A DNA stretch of 64,000 nt from contig JAFUHI010000001.1 of assembly GCA_017468925.1 (NCBI GenBank), forward strand, positions 11,655-75,654, given 5' to 3'. The stretch is from Bacilli bacterium (GTDB lineage Bacteria > Bacillota_I > Bacilli_A > RFN20 > CAG-826). The notes under the pieces were generated by a model, which had not been told where the DNA came from, searched no databases, and was given only the letters and a program-made list of their open reading frames with translations. Below are positions 1 through 8,069 of the stretch, piece after piece. Numbering within the stretch: position 1 is the first letter of the stretch; each line of letters starts with the position of its first letter. A program made the position numbers and the translations under genes.

Positions 1-318
1 TTTGTTTCTTATCAAAGCTGCGGCAAGCCTTGGGGCGTATACCACAGGGATATTTATCATCCTGGCTAGGAATGGGATGCCTCCAATATGGTCTTCGTGG
101 CCGTGGGTTATGAATAACGCTTTGATTTTGTTGCGGTTGTTTTTCAAATAAGTGTAATCGGGTATCACGTAATCAACGCCTGGCAAAGTCGCTTCTGGGA
201 AGCGCACCCCAGCGTCAAGAAGGATTATGGATTTGTCGCTTTCGATGCAGTAGGTGTTTTTGCCTACTTCGGAAAGACCGCCCAAAGCGAATATATTTAC
301 GGGGTTTTCGCTTCTCAT
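1..318 (-). CDS. rnj: Ribonuclease J, N-terminal fragment (gene runs off the window start)
   Basis: Own minus-strand translation from the ATG at 316-318 gives [42 protein letters not shown]...[20 protein letters not shown]. It has the metallo-beta-lactamase HxHxDH motif and an RNase J-type N-terminus. It is absent from the ORF track because it is truncated. Confidence 0.85.
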   Translation of the reverse strand, partial: MRSENPVNIFALGGLSEVGKNTYCIESDKSIILLDAGVRFPEATLPGVDYVIPDYTYLKNNRNKIKALFITHGHEDHIGGIPFLARMINIPVVYAPRLAAALIRNK

Positions 319-449
319 CATAATAAATTTCCTCTAAAAACTTTCATAAAATGGCGTGAACAATATGTAACGACTCATTTTCTAGAGAAAATATAACATG
401 AAAAATGTTTTCAATAAACATAAAAGTCATTGAAACCGCTAACAATATT

Positions 450-995
450 TTATATTGCAATCGCCCCTGGTATTTCTTTGTCGGGGTTATTTTTGTCTAT
501 GTGGTCGTAGAATAGTATTCCGTTTAGGTGATCTATTTCATGTTGGAGGACAATCGCTTCATAGCCTTTGGCTTTGAATGTCGTTTCTTCGCCTTTCCTG
601 CAATCAAAGGCTTTGACTGTGATTCTAAAGTCACGGTAGACCCTTCCATGGTGCTCACTATCGACTGATAAACAGCCTTCTCCACTATATAAGTAGCATT
701 TCTTCAAAGAAGAAACGATTATTTTCGGATTGACTAATTGGTGGATGACTTCATTTCCTTCCTCATCCACGTAATATATGGCTAGCATCCTTAGATTTAA
801 CCCTATCTGCGGGGCGGCTATCCCCACTCCGGATCTAACATTAGGATGTTTTTTCAAGAATTCCTCATCTTGGGAATCCTTCAAATATTGAAGCATTTCA
901 TCCAATGTGGCCTTCAATTCTTCTTTTAGAGGCATTTCAACCTCTTTGCATCTTTCCCTGAGGGATGGTTTGTTATCTTTGACAATCGTGAACAT
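450..995 (-). CDS. def: Peptide deformylase
   Basis: GIAAPQIG, EGCLS and HEIDH motifs in a 181-aa ORF. Confidence 0.93.
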   Translation of the reverse strand: MFTIVKDNKPSLRERCKEVEMPLKEELKATLDEMLQYLKDSQDEEFLKKHPNVRSGVGIAAPQIGLNLRMLAIYYVDEEGNEVIHQLVNPKIIVSSLKKCYLYSGEGCLSVDSEHHGRVYRDFRITVKAFDCRKGEETTFKAKGYEAIVLQHEIDHLNGILFYDHIDKNNPDKEIPGAIAI

Positions 996-1034
996 ATCAT
1001 CATTGTAGCACGAAGAAAGAAAAATAATTAAAAT

Positions 1035-1406
1035 GTGCTTATGGAAAATATTATTTTCTCCTCGTGCTTAGAATTGAAGAAAGCGATGGAAAGCGATCCT
1101 AGGTTCATCCTTCTTAAAGAAAAAGAGGAAAAGGCTTTAAAAGATGAGGAAGTCGTATCTTTGATTACCAAAAAAGAAGCGATTCTAATGGAATATTCCT
1201 CAATCCTTTCTTATAAGAAAAAAGATGATCCTGAAGTTATTTCTATAGAGAAGAAGCTCCATCAAGCCAAGTTGCAGCTCGATTTGCACCCTTTGGTGAA
1301 GGAATATAACGAACAATACAAAATAGTTAAGAATATAATAATGGAGATAAACGATATCATTTTCTCGCCTTTCCAGAAAAAGATATTGGATATCGAGGTG
1401 AAATGA
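1035..1406 (+). CDS. YlbF/YmcA-like helical regulator (UPF0342-like)
   Basis: 123-aa charged helical protein. Its position upstream of rsmD-coaD matches Firmicute ylbF synteny. The ATG at 1041 is an alternative to the GTG at 1035. Confidence 0.5.
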   Translation: MLMENIIFSSCLELKKAMESDPRFILLKEKEEKALKDEEVVSLITKKEAILMEYSSILSYKKKDDPEVISIEKKLHQAKLQLDLHPLVKEYNEQYKIVKNIIMEINDIIFSPFQKKILDIEVK

Positions 1407-1407
1407 A

Positions 1408-1950
1408 ATGATAAGGATTTCCGCGGGTAAATATCGTTCTAGAAACATTGAAGTGCCTCCTTCGACCACCGTCCCCACCAAATCGATTGTGAGGACTGCT
1501 CTTTCCAATGCGACTAATAACATAGTAAGAGGTGCATATGTCCTGGATCTTTTCGCGGGATCGGGGGCCTTAGGGATTGAGGCCTTGTCTAGAGGTGCCT
1601 CATTTTGTCATTTTGTCGACATTGATGAAAAGGCCTGTGAAATCATCAAAAAGAACCTCGATTCTTTGAAAGAAGAGAAAGCAAGAATCCATAACGCCAA
1701 ATTTAAAGACGCTTTGTTCACCCTTAAGAACGAAGGAAAGACATTCGATATTGTTTTCCTTGACCCGCCTTATGCGATGAAAGAAGCGTATCTGGAGTCG
1801 ATTGGCTATCTCCTCGCCAACGAGATGGTCAATAAAGGTGGATGCATCGTCGCCGAATTCGAAGGCGAATTGGGTTTGCCTATTAATTTATTTAATAAAT
1901 ATAAGGAATATACATACGGCCGCACCAAGGTGGCTATTTTGTGGAGGTAA
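1408..1950 (+). CDS. rsmD: 16S rRNA (guanine966-N2)-methyltransferase RsmD
   Basis: DLFAGSGALGIEALSRGA SAM-binding motif and DPPY motif. The start lies 1 nt after the upstream stop. Confidence 0.9.
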   Translation: MIRISAGKYRSRNIEVPPSTTVPTKSIVRTALSNATNNIVRGAYVLDLFAGSGALGIEALSRGASFCHFVDIDEKACEIIKKNLDSLKEEKARIHNAKFKDALFTLKNEGKTFDIVFLDPPYAMKEAYLESIGYLLANEMVNKGGCIVAEFEGELGLPINLFNKYKEYTYGRTKVAILWR

Positions 1951-1952
1951 TT

Positions 1953-2423
1953 ATGAAAATAGGGGTTTATCCAGGCAGTTTTGACCCAATAACCAACGGT
2001 CATTTGGATGTATTGAAAAGATCACTCAAAGTATTTGATAAAGTCATCCTTCTTTTGGCGGTGAACCCGTCCAAGAAGAGCCATTTTTCCATTGATGAAA
2101 GACTAAGCATGATGAAAGAGGCCGTTAAGGATTTGAAAGATGCAGAAGTTGATTTCACAGACGGACTGACTGTTGATTATTGCATCAAGCATAATTCAAC
2201 CAGCATCATTAGGGGCTTAAGAGCGGTAACCGACTTCGAATACGAATTCCAATTAGCCGCCGCAAATGAATTCTGCAATCCAGAAGTGGATATGGTGTTC
2301 TTCATGGCAAGAAAAGATGAGATGTTCATCTCTTCGAGTGCTATAGACCAAATGTATGAGAATGGGGTGGACATATCTCCTCTTGTCCCTCCATGCGTTT
2401 TAGAAGCCTACAAAAGGAAATAA
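1953..2423 (+). CDS. coaD: Phosphopantetheine adenylyltransferase
   Basis: MKIGVYPGSFDPITNGHLD nucleotidyltransferase motif. The start is moved from GTG 1941 to ATG 1953, behind GGAGG at 1943-1947. Confidence 0.92.
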   Translation: MKIGVYPGSFDPITNGHLDVLKRSLKVFDKVILLLAVNPSKKSHFSIDERLSMMKEAVKDLKDAEVDFTDGLTVDYCIKHNSTSIIRGLRAVTDFEYEFQLAAANEFCNPEVDMVFFMARKDEMFISSSAIDQMYENGVDISPLVPPCVLEAYKRK

Positions 2424-2446
2424 AAAACCGCAAGAAGCGGCTTTGA
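2424..2446 (+). terminator. Weak hairpin after coaD (CCGC-AAGAA-GCGG followed by CTTTG)
   Basis: 4-bp GC stem at 2428-2440 between the convergent coaD and toxin genes. The T-tract is short. Confidence 0.3.
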
Positions 2447-2482
2447 ATTAGCTCATAATGAGGAAGTTTTGATGTATTTTAT

Positions 2483-2758
2483 TCAAAATAAATCGCTATG
2501 TGTCCCAGTTCTTACCAAAGAAAGAATCAGATTATTGTCATAGATATGATAGATAAGTAGCCAATTTGGCTGGACGTGGCATTCTCTAAAACCCTTCCAG
2601 TTGCCAGATGATTCATGATCTTTGTATTTCTCAGGAAGTGAATCGCCTTCCGCAAGCATCCTAATGACATTATCGAGTTCATCGATTGGCAACCCACGTT
2701 TCATCGCGAGCTTATAATCTTTTTTGAATTGATTTGTCCAAGTTACTTGCTTGCTCAT
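2483..2758 (-). CDS. Type II toxin, YafQ/RelE family mRNA interferase
   Basis: 91 aa with FKKDYKLAMKRG near the N-terminus and a C-terminal RTGTHSDLF typical of YafQ-type toxins. Overlaps the upstream antitoxin by 4 nt. Confidence 0.8.
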   Translation of the reverse strand: MSKQVTWTNQFKKDYKLAMKRGLPIDELDNVIRMLAEGDSLPEKYKDHESSGNWKGFRECHVQPNWLLIYHIYDNNLILSLVRTGTHSDLF

Positions 2759-3027
2759 GACTTCAATTCTTTTAATGCGTCCTCAACGCTATAGGTCTTA
2801 ACTGAGGGATCATTTGCAAGTTGCATCGCTTCTAACATTGCTACAATGGTTTCGCTATTTGGAACATTGATTGTTGCTTCAAAAGGTATTCTGCCTTCGC
2901 GGACTGATTGGCGAAGGAACATATTGAAAGCGGTGGTCATGTTTAGGCCAAGTGACTGAAACAAGGTATCGGCTTGCTTCTTTAAATCGGAGTCGATACG
3001 GAAACTGACATTGGAAATACTGCTCAT
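2755..3027 (-). CDS. Type II antitoxin, RelB/DinJ family
   Basis: 90 aa. VSFRIDSDLKKQADTLFQSLGLNMTTAFNMFLRQSV is a ribbon-helix-helix DinJ-like N-terminus. Translationally coupled to the toxin. Confidence 0.78.
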   Translation of the reverse strand: MSSISNVSFRIDSDLKKQADTLFQSLGLNMTTAFNMFLRQSVREGRIPFEATINVPNSETIVAMLEAMQLANDPSVKTYSVEDALKELKS

Positions 3028-3161
3028 TTTATATACCTCACATGTATTATTATAGACAAAATAACGCTATTTAAAAGCATTTTGCATTTAATTTGCGTTT
3101 TATTCAAATGTTATCTGCATTTAATTAACTATATTATTCACTATTTATGCACGAATGTTTG

Positions 3162-3189
3162 AAAAAAAGCCAATCCCATTTTGAGATTG
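3162..3189 (-). terminator. Putative intrinsic terminator downstream of the 3226-4086 gene
   Basis: On the minus strand: CAATC-TCAAAATGG-GATTG, then GC and T7. Confidence 0.4.
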
Positions 3190-3225
3190 ACCTTTAATCT
3201 GTGATTGGTGTTAAGCCTGCAAGAC

Positions 3226-4086
3226 TTATTTCATGTAATTCAAGCAGAATGGATTTTTGATGCCAGCCGCACCGGTATCGGTGTGGTTCCACATATTTAG
3301 AAGGTTATTGGCTTTAGCCTGCTTGCTATCTCCGCTGACGGAGAAGATGATTTCGCTAACGCCAGCTCTACCTTGTTCTTGGGCTTCTTTGGTGTAATCG
3401 ACAAGCAAGACGGCTGGGACTGTAAAGTCTTCGGTGTTTGGCGCGCCATAGTTCATATAGCTATCATCGGAAACTCCATTGTTGCCTTTATAAGGTGTAT
3501 TTGTTGAAAGCCATTCGGATGTCTCGTTGAAGAAAAGTGAATGGATCAATAGATATCTTTGGAAAGCGGTGTCGCCTGTGGTGTTGCTGTATTTGCTATC
3601 GGTGGATGATTCTTCATCGGAGAAGATGGTGTGGATGGCTAATTTGTTTCCGTCGCTTGGCCTATAGATGCTGCCCCAATTCTCATCGAGTTCTTTGAAT
3701 CCTTCCTCGGCTTTCTTGCATGGGTCGCAATTCTCACCGACAAAGAGAAGGAAATATTTCTCTTGCTCCTGGTCGCCCAAATCAATGTCATCATACCTGC
3801 CTTCGTAGGCGGCTAAGGTATTTTTATAAAGCGAATTGGTGAATACGTCGGCTGCGGAAGAGGAAGTATCATCATCGCCTTCTGATTCAAGCGTTAATTT
3901 CTTAGAGAGATAATAAGAATTCTCTGTTGAGAAATCCCAGCTTCCAACCCAGCTTGTGATGGATGGAATAGAGAAGATGAGAGCGAAGATGGCTCCGACA
4001 ATAAGAAGCGGCTGGACCCAAGCGGTTTCTTTGATCCAACGCCATAATTTTACAAATAATGATCCGATGGCTTTTAAGATAAACAT
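3226..4086 (-). CDS. N-terminally membrane-anchored protein with a thioredoxin-like CxxC (CDPC) region
   Basis: One N-terminal TM helix (PLLIVGAIFALIFSIPSI). FLLFVGENCDPCKK resembles a thioredoxin-fold active-site strand-helix. No closer family recognised. Confidence 0.5.
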   Translation of the reverse strand: MFILKAIGSLFVKLWRWIKETAWVQPLLIVGAIFALIFSIPSITSWVGSWDFSTENSYYLSKKLTLESEGDDDTSSSAADVFTNSLYKNTLAAYEGRYDDIDLGDQEQEKYFLLFVGENCDPCKKAEEGFKELDENWGSIYRPSDGNKLAIHTIFSDEESSTDSKYSNTTGDTAFQRYLLIHSLFFNETSEWLSTNTPYKGNNGVSDDSYMNYGAPNTEDFTVPAVLLVDYTKEAQEQGRAGVSEIIFSVSGDSKQAKANNLLNMWNHTDTGAAGIKNPFCLNYMK

Positions 4087-4212
4087 CTAATTAACCTCCA
4101 CGAAAAGAGACCTGTTTTTATAAACAGCGGGTTAATTCTAACACTCTAAACAAATCTATTCAACAACTTACTTTTGTGATGCAAATATTATATTTGAATT
4201 GTATCTTTCTTG

Positions 4213-5397
4213 ATGCGTGCTTATAATTTCACTCATATGAGTGCAAAAAACCACCATAACACCATCTTGACTAGAATTAATGAATGGCTTTATGACCATC
4301 ATTACATGAAGACGGGGTTGGATTGGACTTTCACTTTTATCGTCTCTACGATATCCGCGATGATATTCGCCTTTGGCTTTGTGACTTTCATCTCGCCTGA
4401 TGTCGCTGAGGTAAGTGGCGGGAAATTTGTTTCCGGCGGTCTATCTGGTGTCAGCCAAGTCATAACTTTATTCTTCCAGATTTGTGGCTGGAGAGATATA
4501 GACACCCAGACTGCTTATTCCGTTCTTTATTTCGTATTGAATATTCCTTTAGTTATATTAGCCTTCTTTGGTATCGGGAAAAGATTCGCTGTTTTCACTT
4601 TGATAAATGTCGCAGAAGTTTCTATTTTCACTAGAATTATGCCCGCCAGCAGCGTTGAGGTGTTCAAGCAAATTGCTATTTTCACATCCACCAACGCAGG
4701 CTTATTGGGACGTGCATTATTCGCAGGTATAATGACTGGATTATCAAGCGCTTTATGTTTCAAAGTGGATATATCCGCCGGCGGAATCGATGTAATTTCA
4801 TATTACATAGCCCTAAAGAAGGGGACCTTGGTTGGAAAATATTCCGTTGTTATAAACGCTTTGAATTTGGTGGTGTTCGTTCTCTTCACAACCATCAAAG
4901 CCATCCAATATGATCAGCTCGGCTTGCCGCTCGACGGCAATGAGGTTTCCTCCTGGACTGCGACTTTGTCGATTGTTGAAAATAGCGGAAGTGCGACTGC
5001 GGTGCCTATCGCAACATCTATCTCATCGTCTTCCGATCCAGTTGCGGTAGCCTCTGTTCAATTCGCCAGCGCCCTCCATTCAATCATCTATTTCTTCACC
5101 TCTATGTTGGTTATAGATAGGATTAATGTAAGAAATAAGAAACTTAAGATTGAGGTCGTAACGGATAATGAAAGCCTAGGCGAAGTTCTCATTTCCACTG
5201 TCCCTCATGGCGCGACCATCTTAAAAGGGACTGGGGTATACACTGGAAAAGAGAAATTCATCATTACAATGGTCGTCTCCAGCTATGAAGTCAAAACCAT
5301 CACAAAAGTCATAAAAGAGCAAGATCCTACTTCATTCATTCAGATTACCGCGCTTAATTCCGTTGTCGGTCGCTTCTTCATGAAGCCAATAAAATAA
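4213..5397 (+). CDS. YitT-family membrane protein with C-terminal DUF2179 domain
   Basis: Multi-TM N-terminal part plus C-terminal KIEVVTDNE...HGATILKGTGVYTGKEKFIITMVVSSYEV...DPTSFIQI. Start is uncertain (TTG 4210, ATG 4213 or ATG 4237). Confidence 0.78.
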   Translation: MRAYNFTHMSAKNHHNTILTRINEWLYDHHYMKTGLDWTFTFIVSTISAMIFAFGFVTFISPDVAEVSGGKFVSGGLSGVSQVITLFFQICGWRDIDTQTAYSVLYFVLNIPLVILAFFGIGKRFAVFTLINVAEVSIFTRIMPASSVEVFKQIAIFTSTNAGLLGRALFAGIMTGLSSALCFKVDISAGGIDVISYYIALKKGTLVGKYSVVINALNLVVFVLFTTIKAIQYDQLGLPLDGNEVSSWTATLSIVENSGSATAVPIATSISSSSDPVAVASVQFASALHSIIYFFTSMLVIDRINVRNKKLKIEVVTDNESLGEVLISTVPHGATILKGTGVYTGKEKFIITMVVSSYEVKTITKVIKEQDPTSFIQITALNSVVGRFFMKPIK

Positions 5398-5417
5398 TTT
5401 TTCTAGGTTTAAAGCTT

Positions 5418-5987
5418 TTATTTTTTCAAAAATTCGATTTTTTTGAATCGCTTTGCAAGGCTTCGCATATAGTTGTTCCGCTCTGCATTTTCAACAATCA
5501 AAATTGTCATCGCCTCCCAAATGGTTACAGTGGTCGCAATATCAAAAACATAAATGAACGCTTCTCTTGCGACACTTTCATCTTTCCATAAATTGGTGAT
5601 AAGAATCAATGACAGCAAAAACAACAATCCGATGGCAATCAATCCAAAAGCTATTTTGTTTCTCATGCCGGTCTTTCTATTAGTTCTTTTGAATTCCAGC
5701 CCGATATTCCTCGCGAAAATCTTCTCAAGCTGTGCTTCAGTATATCCATTTAAATCATCAAATTTTACGATTAAATCGATCCTATATTTCCTTGGTGCAT
5801 ATTCAAAAGCGGCATTCAACCACTCGATGAATTCGTCGCTTAACATTGGTGTTTTGGTTTTCGTATTGGAATCGAATATGTCGTCAGGCTTGTCGTAATC
5901 CAGTTCCATTTTGATGATTTTGTTTTCTTTATCGATTTCAAAGAATTCGTTTTCAATGTCAATGAGTTTTCTAATATCTTTTTTCAT
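5418..5987 (-). CDS. Hypothetical membrane protein (2 predicted C-terminal TM helices)
   Basis: 189-aa ORF with a soluble N-terminal half and hydrophobic segments FGLIAIGLLFLLSLILI and ATTVTIWEAMTILIV. No family recognised. Confidence 0.55.
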   Translation of the reverse strand: MKKDIRKLIDIENEFFEIDKENKIIKMELDYDKPDDIFDSNTKTKTPMLSDEFIEWLNAAFEYAPRKYRIDLIVKFDDLNGYTEAQLEKIFARNIGLEFKRTNRKTGMRNKIAFGLIAIGLLFLLSLILITNLWKDESVAREAFIYVFDIATTVTIWEAMTILIVENAERNNYMRSLAKRFKKIEFLKK

Positions 5988-6051
5988 GATTATAGTTTAT
6001 TTGTGGTCTAAAACTTTTCAAATAGAAAAATATATTTACGCCACATTTTAT

Positions 6052-6074
6052 AAAAAAACCCTGAATTTGCAGGG
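6052..6074 (-). terminator. Intrinsic terminator after tRNA-Ser(CGA)
   Basis: On the minus strand: CCCTG-CAAATT-CAGGG followed by T7. Confidence 0.55.
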
Positions 6075-6097
6075 ATTTCAAGGTTTTTGTTTGTTTT

Positions 6098-6188
6098 TGG
6101 CGGAGACGGTGGGATTCGAACCCACGTGCCCCAGATGGGACAACTTGATTTCGAGTCAAGCTCGTTATGACCGCTTCGATACGTCTCC
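6098..6188 (-). tRNA. tRNA-Ser (anticodon CGA), encoded CCA
   Basis: Reverse complement is GGAGACGTATCGAAGCGG...CTTGA-CTCGAAA-TCAAG...long variable arm...GGGTTCGAATCCC-ACCGTCTCC-G-CCA. Acceptor, anticodon and T arms pair correctly. 91 nt. Confidence 0.93.
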
Positions 6189-6282
6189 AACCAGCGGGCT
6201 ATATCATACCACCAATAAAAATAATTGGCTACATTATAGTTGAATAAAGCGTTAACGCTTTTATTGTGATAAAATAATTGCC

Positions 6283-8058
6283 ATGAGCTTATCTATGTTC
6301 CATGTTTTAAAATTCGCTCAAAACATCATTTGTATCGATATCGACTACAAAACCATTGGTTATATCGCAACAATTTCGATATTGTTTGTTTTGCTTCTGG
6401 TTCTATTAATCACCTTCCTTGTGGCAAAAAGAAGGAATAGGAAATGGAGATCTAGCATGGTGGATAAGACCGCCTCAACCAGGGTATATTGCTTCGATCA
6501 ATATAAAAATGAAGTCAAATATTTCAATCTTTCCTCTATCTCTAGAGTCAAGACCACGACATTTGAAGGATTCTATTCCTCCTTGCCTCTATACGAGGCT
6601 CCAAAAGTCAGGGATTGGATTGATTCGCATCTAGAAGGGAAAGAAGGAACTCCTTATTTCCTCCCTACAGAGATTCTAGTTCATGGAGAGAAAAGGACAC
6701 TAAAATCATTTTTAAGAGTGACCAAATTAGACAAAACCACAAACAAATTGCATGTGGAAAGCCACATAATCCATTATGATGGGCCAACCACATCGTTTGA
6801 GAAAAACTTCTCCACTGTCGATGAATTAGGATTCGCCATCGAAAGAAACGGATATGAGACCGGCATGACTTTCTGCTTCTCTTTGTTCCCGAAGAAGGAA
6901 GGCGTTAGGCCAGAGATGGATCATTTGGCCTGCGACCGTTTCGTAAAGGAAATATTAAGGAATGTAACGGGAAATCAGCTTGTTTTAAAAGCAAGTAAGA
7001 CCGAGATAATAGTCGCTAATTTCGATATGAGGGAATATTCGCAGGCTATGGCCTACGCTCTCCAATTGAATTACAAAGCTTCTAAGGAAGCCAATGCCAA
7101 AAGGAGAGGAACTCCTATATATGAAGTCAAAGCAGGAGTCGTATCCAACAAAGAATTGAACGGCAATGTCGATATTATCATTACGGAAGTCAGGAAGACC
7201 GCGGAAAACGCTTATATAAATAAAGCGTCTGTCAATTTCTATAACCGCAATTCATCGTCTCTATCCGCTGCAGAAGAAAGCTCTTATAAAACTGAGGTTG
7301 AAAGAATTGTCACCAATAACCGCCTTGTTGCTTCATATCGTCCAATAGTGAAAACAGAAAACGCCGCAATTATTGGCTATTTTGGGAAAATAACCCCATT
7401 AAATACAACATTTGGGAAAATAGAGGAACTACAAAACTATGCCTTAAGGGCCAATGATAGCGGGACCTTATTCAATGCGATGTCTAGAATAATTGTTTCC
7501 AAATTCAAAAGGGAAAGCAAAGAAATAAGCAAGAAAGCTTTGACTCTATATTACCCAATGAGGACGCAGGAAAAAGATTTAGCGCTTGAGTTCTTCAAAA
7601 CTGTAGAACAAGGCAAAAGCATTAAGTTAAATTTCGTCTATTCCGATAAAGATGTCTCTTCGTTCTGCTCACACAATGGGGTCGATGAGATGATTGAATT
7701 CATGAACAAACTCAAGGAAATGAAGATTGGTTTCTCCATAGAATTCAACAATAGGAGCCTCAACATTGATAAACGCATACTTTCCAAAGCCTCATCGTTT
7801 GTCGTGGATTTCGGAAACAACAGCGGGGTGGTGATCGATACCAAAACCCGCAGCGACATCTACAATTTGGTCAGCAAGCTCCTTATTTATAAAAAACAGA
7901 TAATTGCAAGTAACCTTAATTCATGGAATGCGATAGAATTAGTGGTCAGCAGCGGCATTGAGATTGTCTCCGCTGATCCAATATTGCCTTACGATACAAT
8001 GTTCAAGCCTCTATCGGAAAGAAGGATGGGGCGTATAACAAGCATCAAGAAGAACTAG
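6283..8058 (+). CDS. Membrane-anchored protein with degenerate GGDEF-like and EAL-like domains (by-eye assignment)
   Basis: N-terminal TM helix (IATISILFVLLLVLLITFLV). The middle region follows GGDEF secondary-motif order with ASKTE in place of GGDEF. The C-terminal region starts LVASYRPIV (compare YQPIV) and follows EAL motif order with the catalytic residues replaced. Confidence 0.45.
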   Translation: MSLSMFHVLKFAQNIICIDIDYKTIGYIATISILFVLLLVLLITFLVAKRRNRKWRSSMVDKTASTRVYCFDQYKNEVKYFNLSSISRVKTTTFEGFYSSLPLYEAPKVRDWIDSHLEGKEGTPYFLPTEILVHGEKRTLKSFLRVTKLDKTTNKLHVESHIIHYDGPTTSFEKNFSTVDELGFAIERNGYETGMTFCFSLFPKKEGVRPEMDHLACDRFVKEILRNVTGNQLVLKASKTEIIVANFDMREYSQAMAYALQLNYKASKEANAKRRGTPIYEVKAGVVSNKELNGNVDIIITEVRKTAENAYINKASVNFYNRNSSSLSAAEESSYKTEVERIVTNNRLVASYRPIVKTENAAIIGYFGKITPLNTTFGKIEELQNYALRANDSGTLFNAMSRIIVSKFKRESKEISKKALTLYYPMRTQEKDLALEFFKTVEQGKSIKLNFVYSDKDVSSFCSHNGVDEMIEFMNKLKEMKIGFSIEFNNRSLNIDKRILSKASSFVVDFGNNSGVVIDTKTRSDIYNLVSKLLIYKKQIIASNLNSWNAIELVVSSGIEIVSADPILPYDTMFKPLSERRMGRITSIKKN

Positions 8059-8069
8059 GAGGATAAAAG

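Noticed and set aside
5911-6243. ORFs on both strands that overlap tRNA-Ser(CGA): 5911-6243 plus, and 5971-6159 and 6008-6190 minus.
   Set aside because: They run through a perfectly folding tRNA gene and its terminator, so they are spurious.
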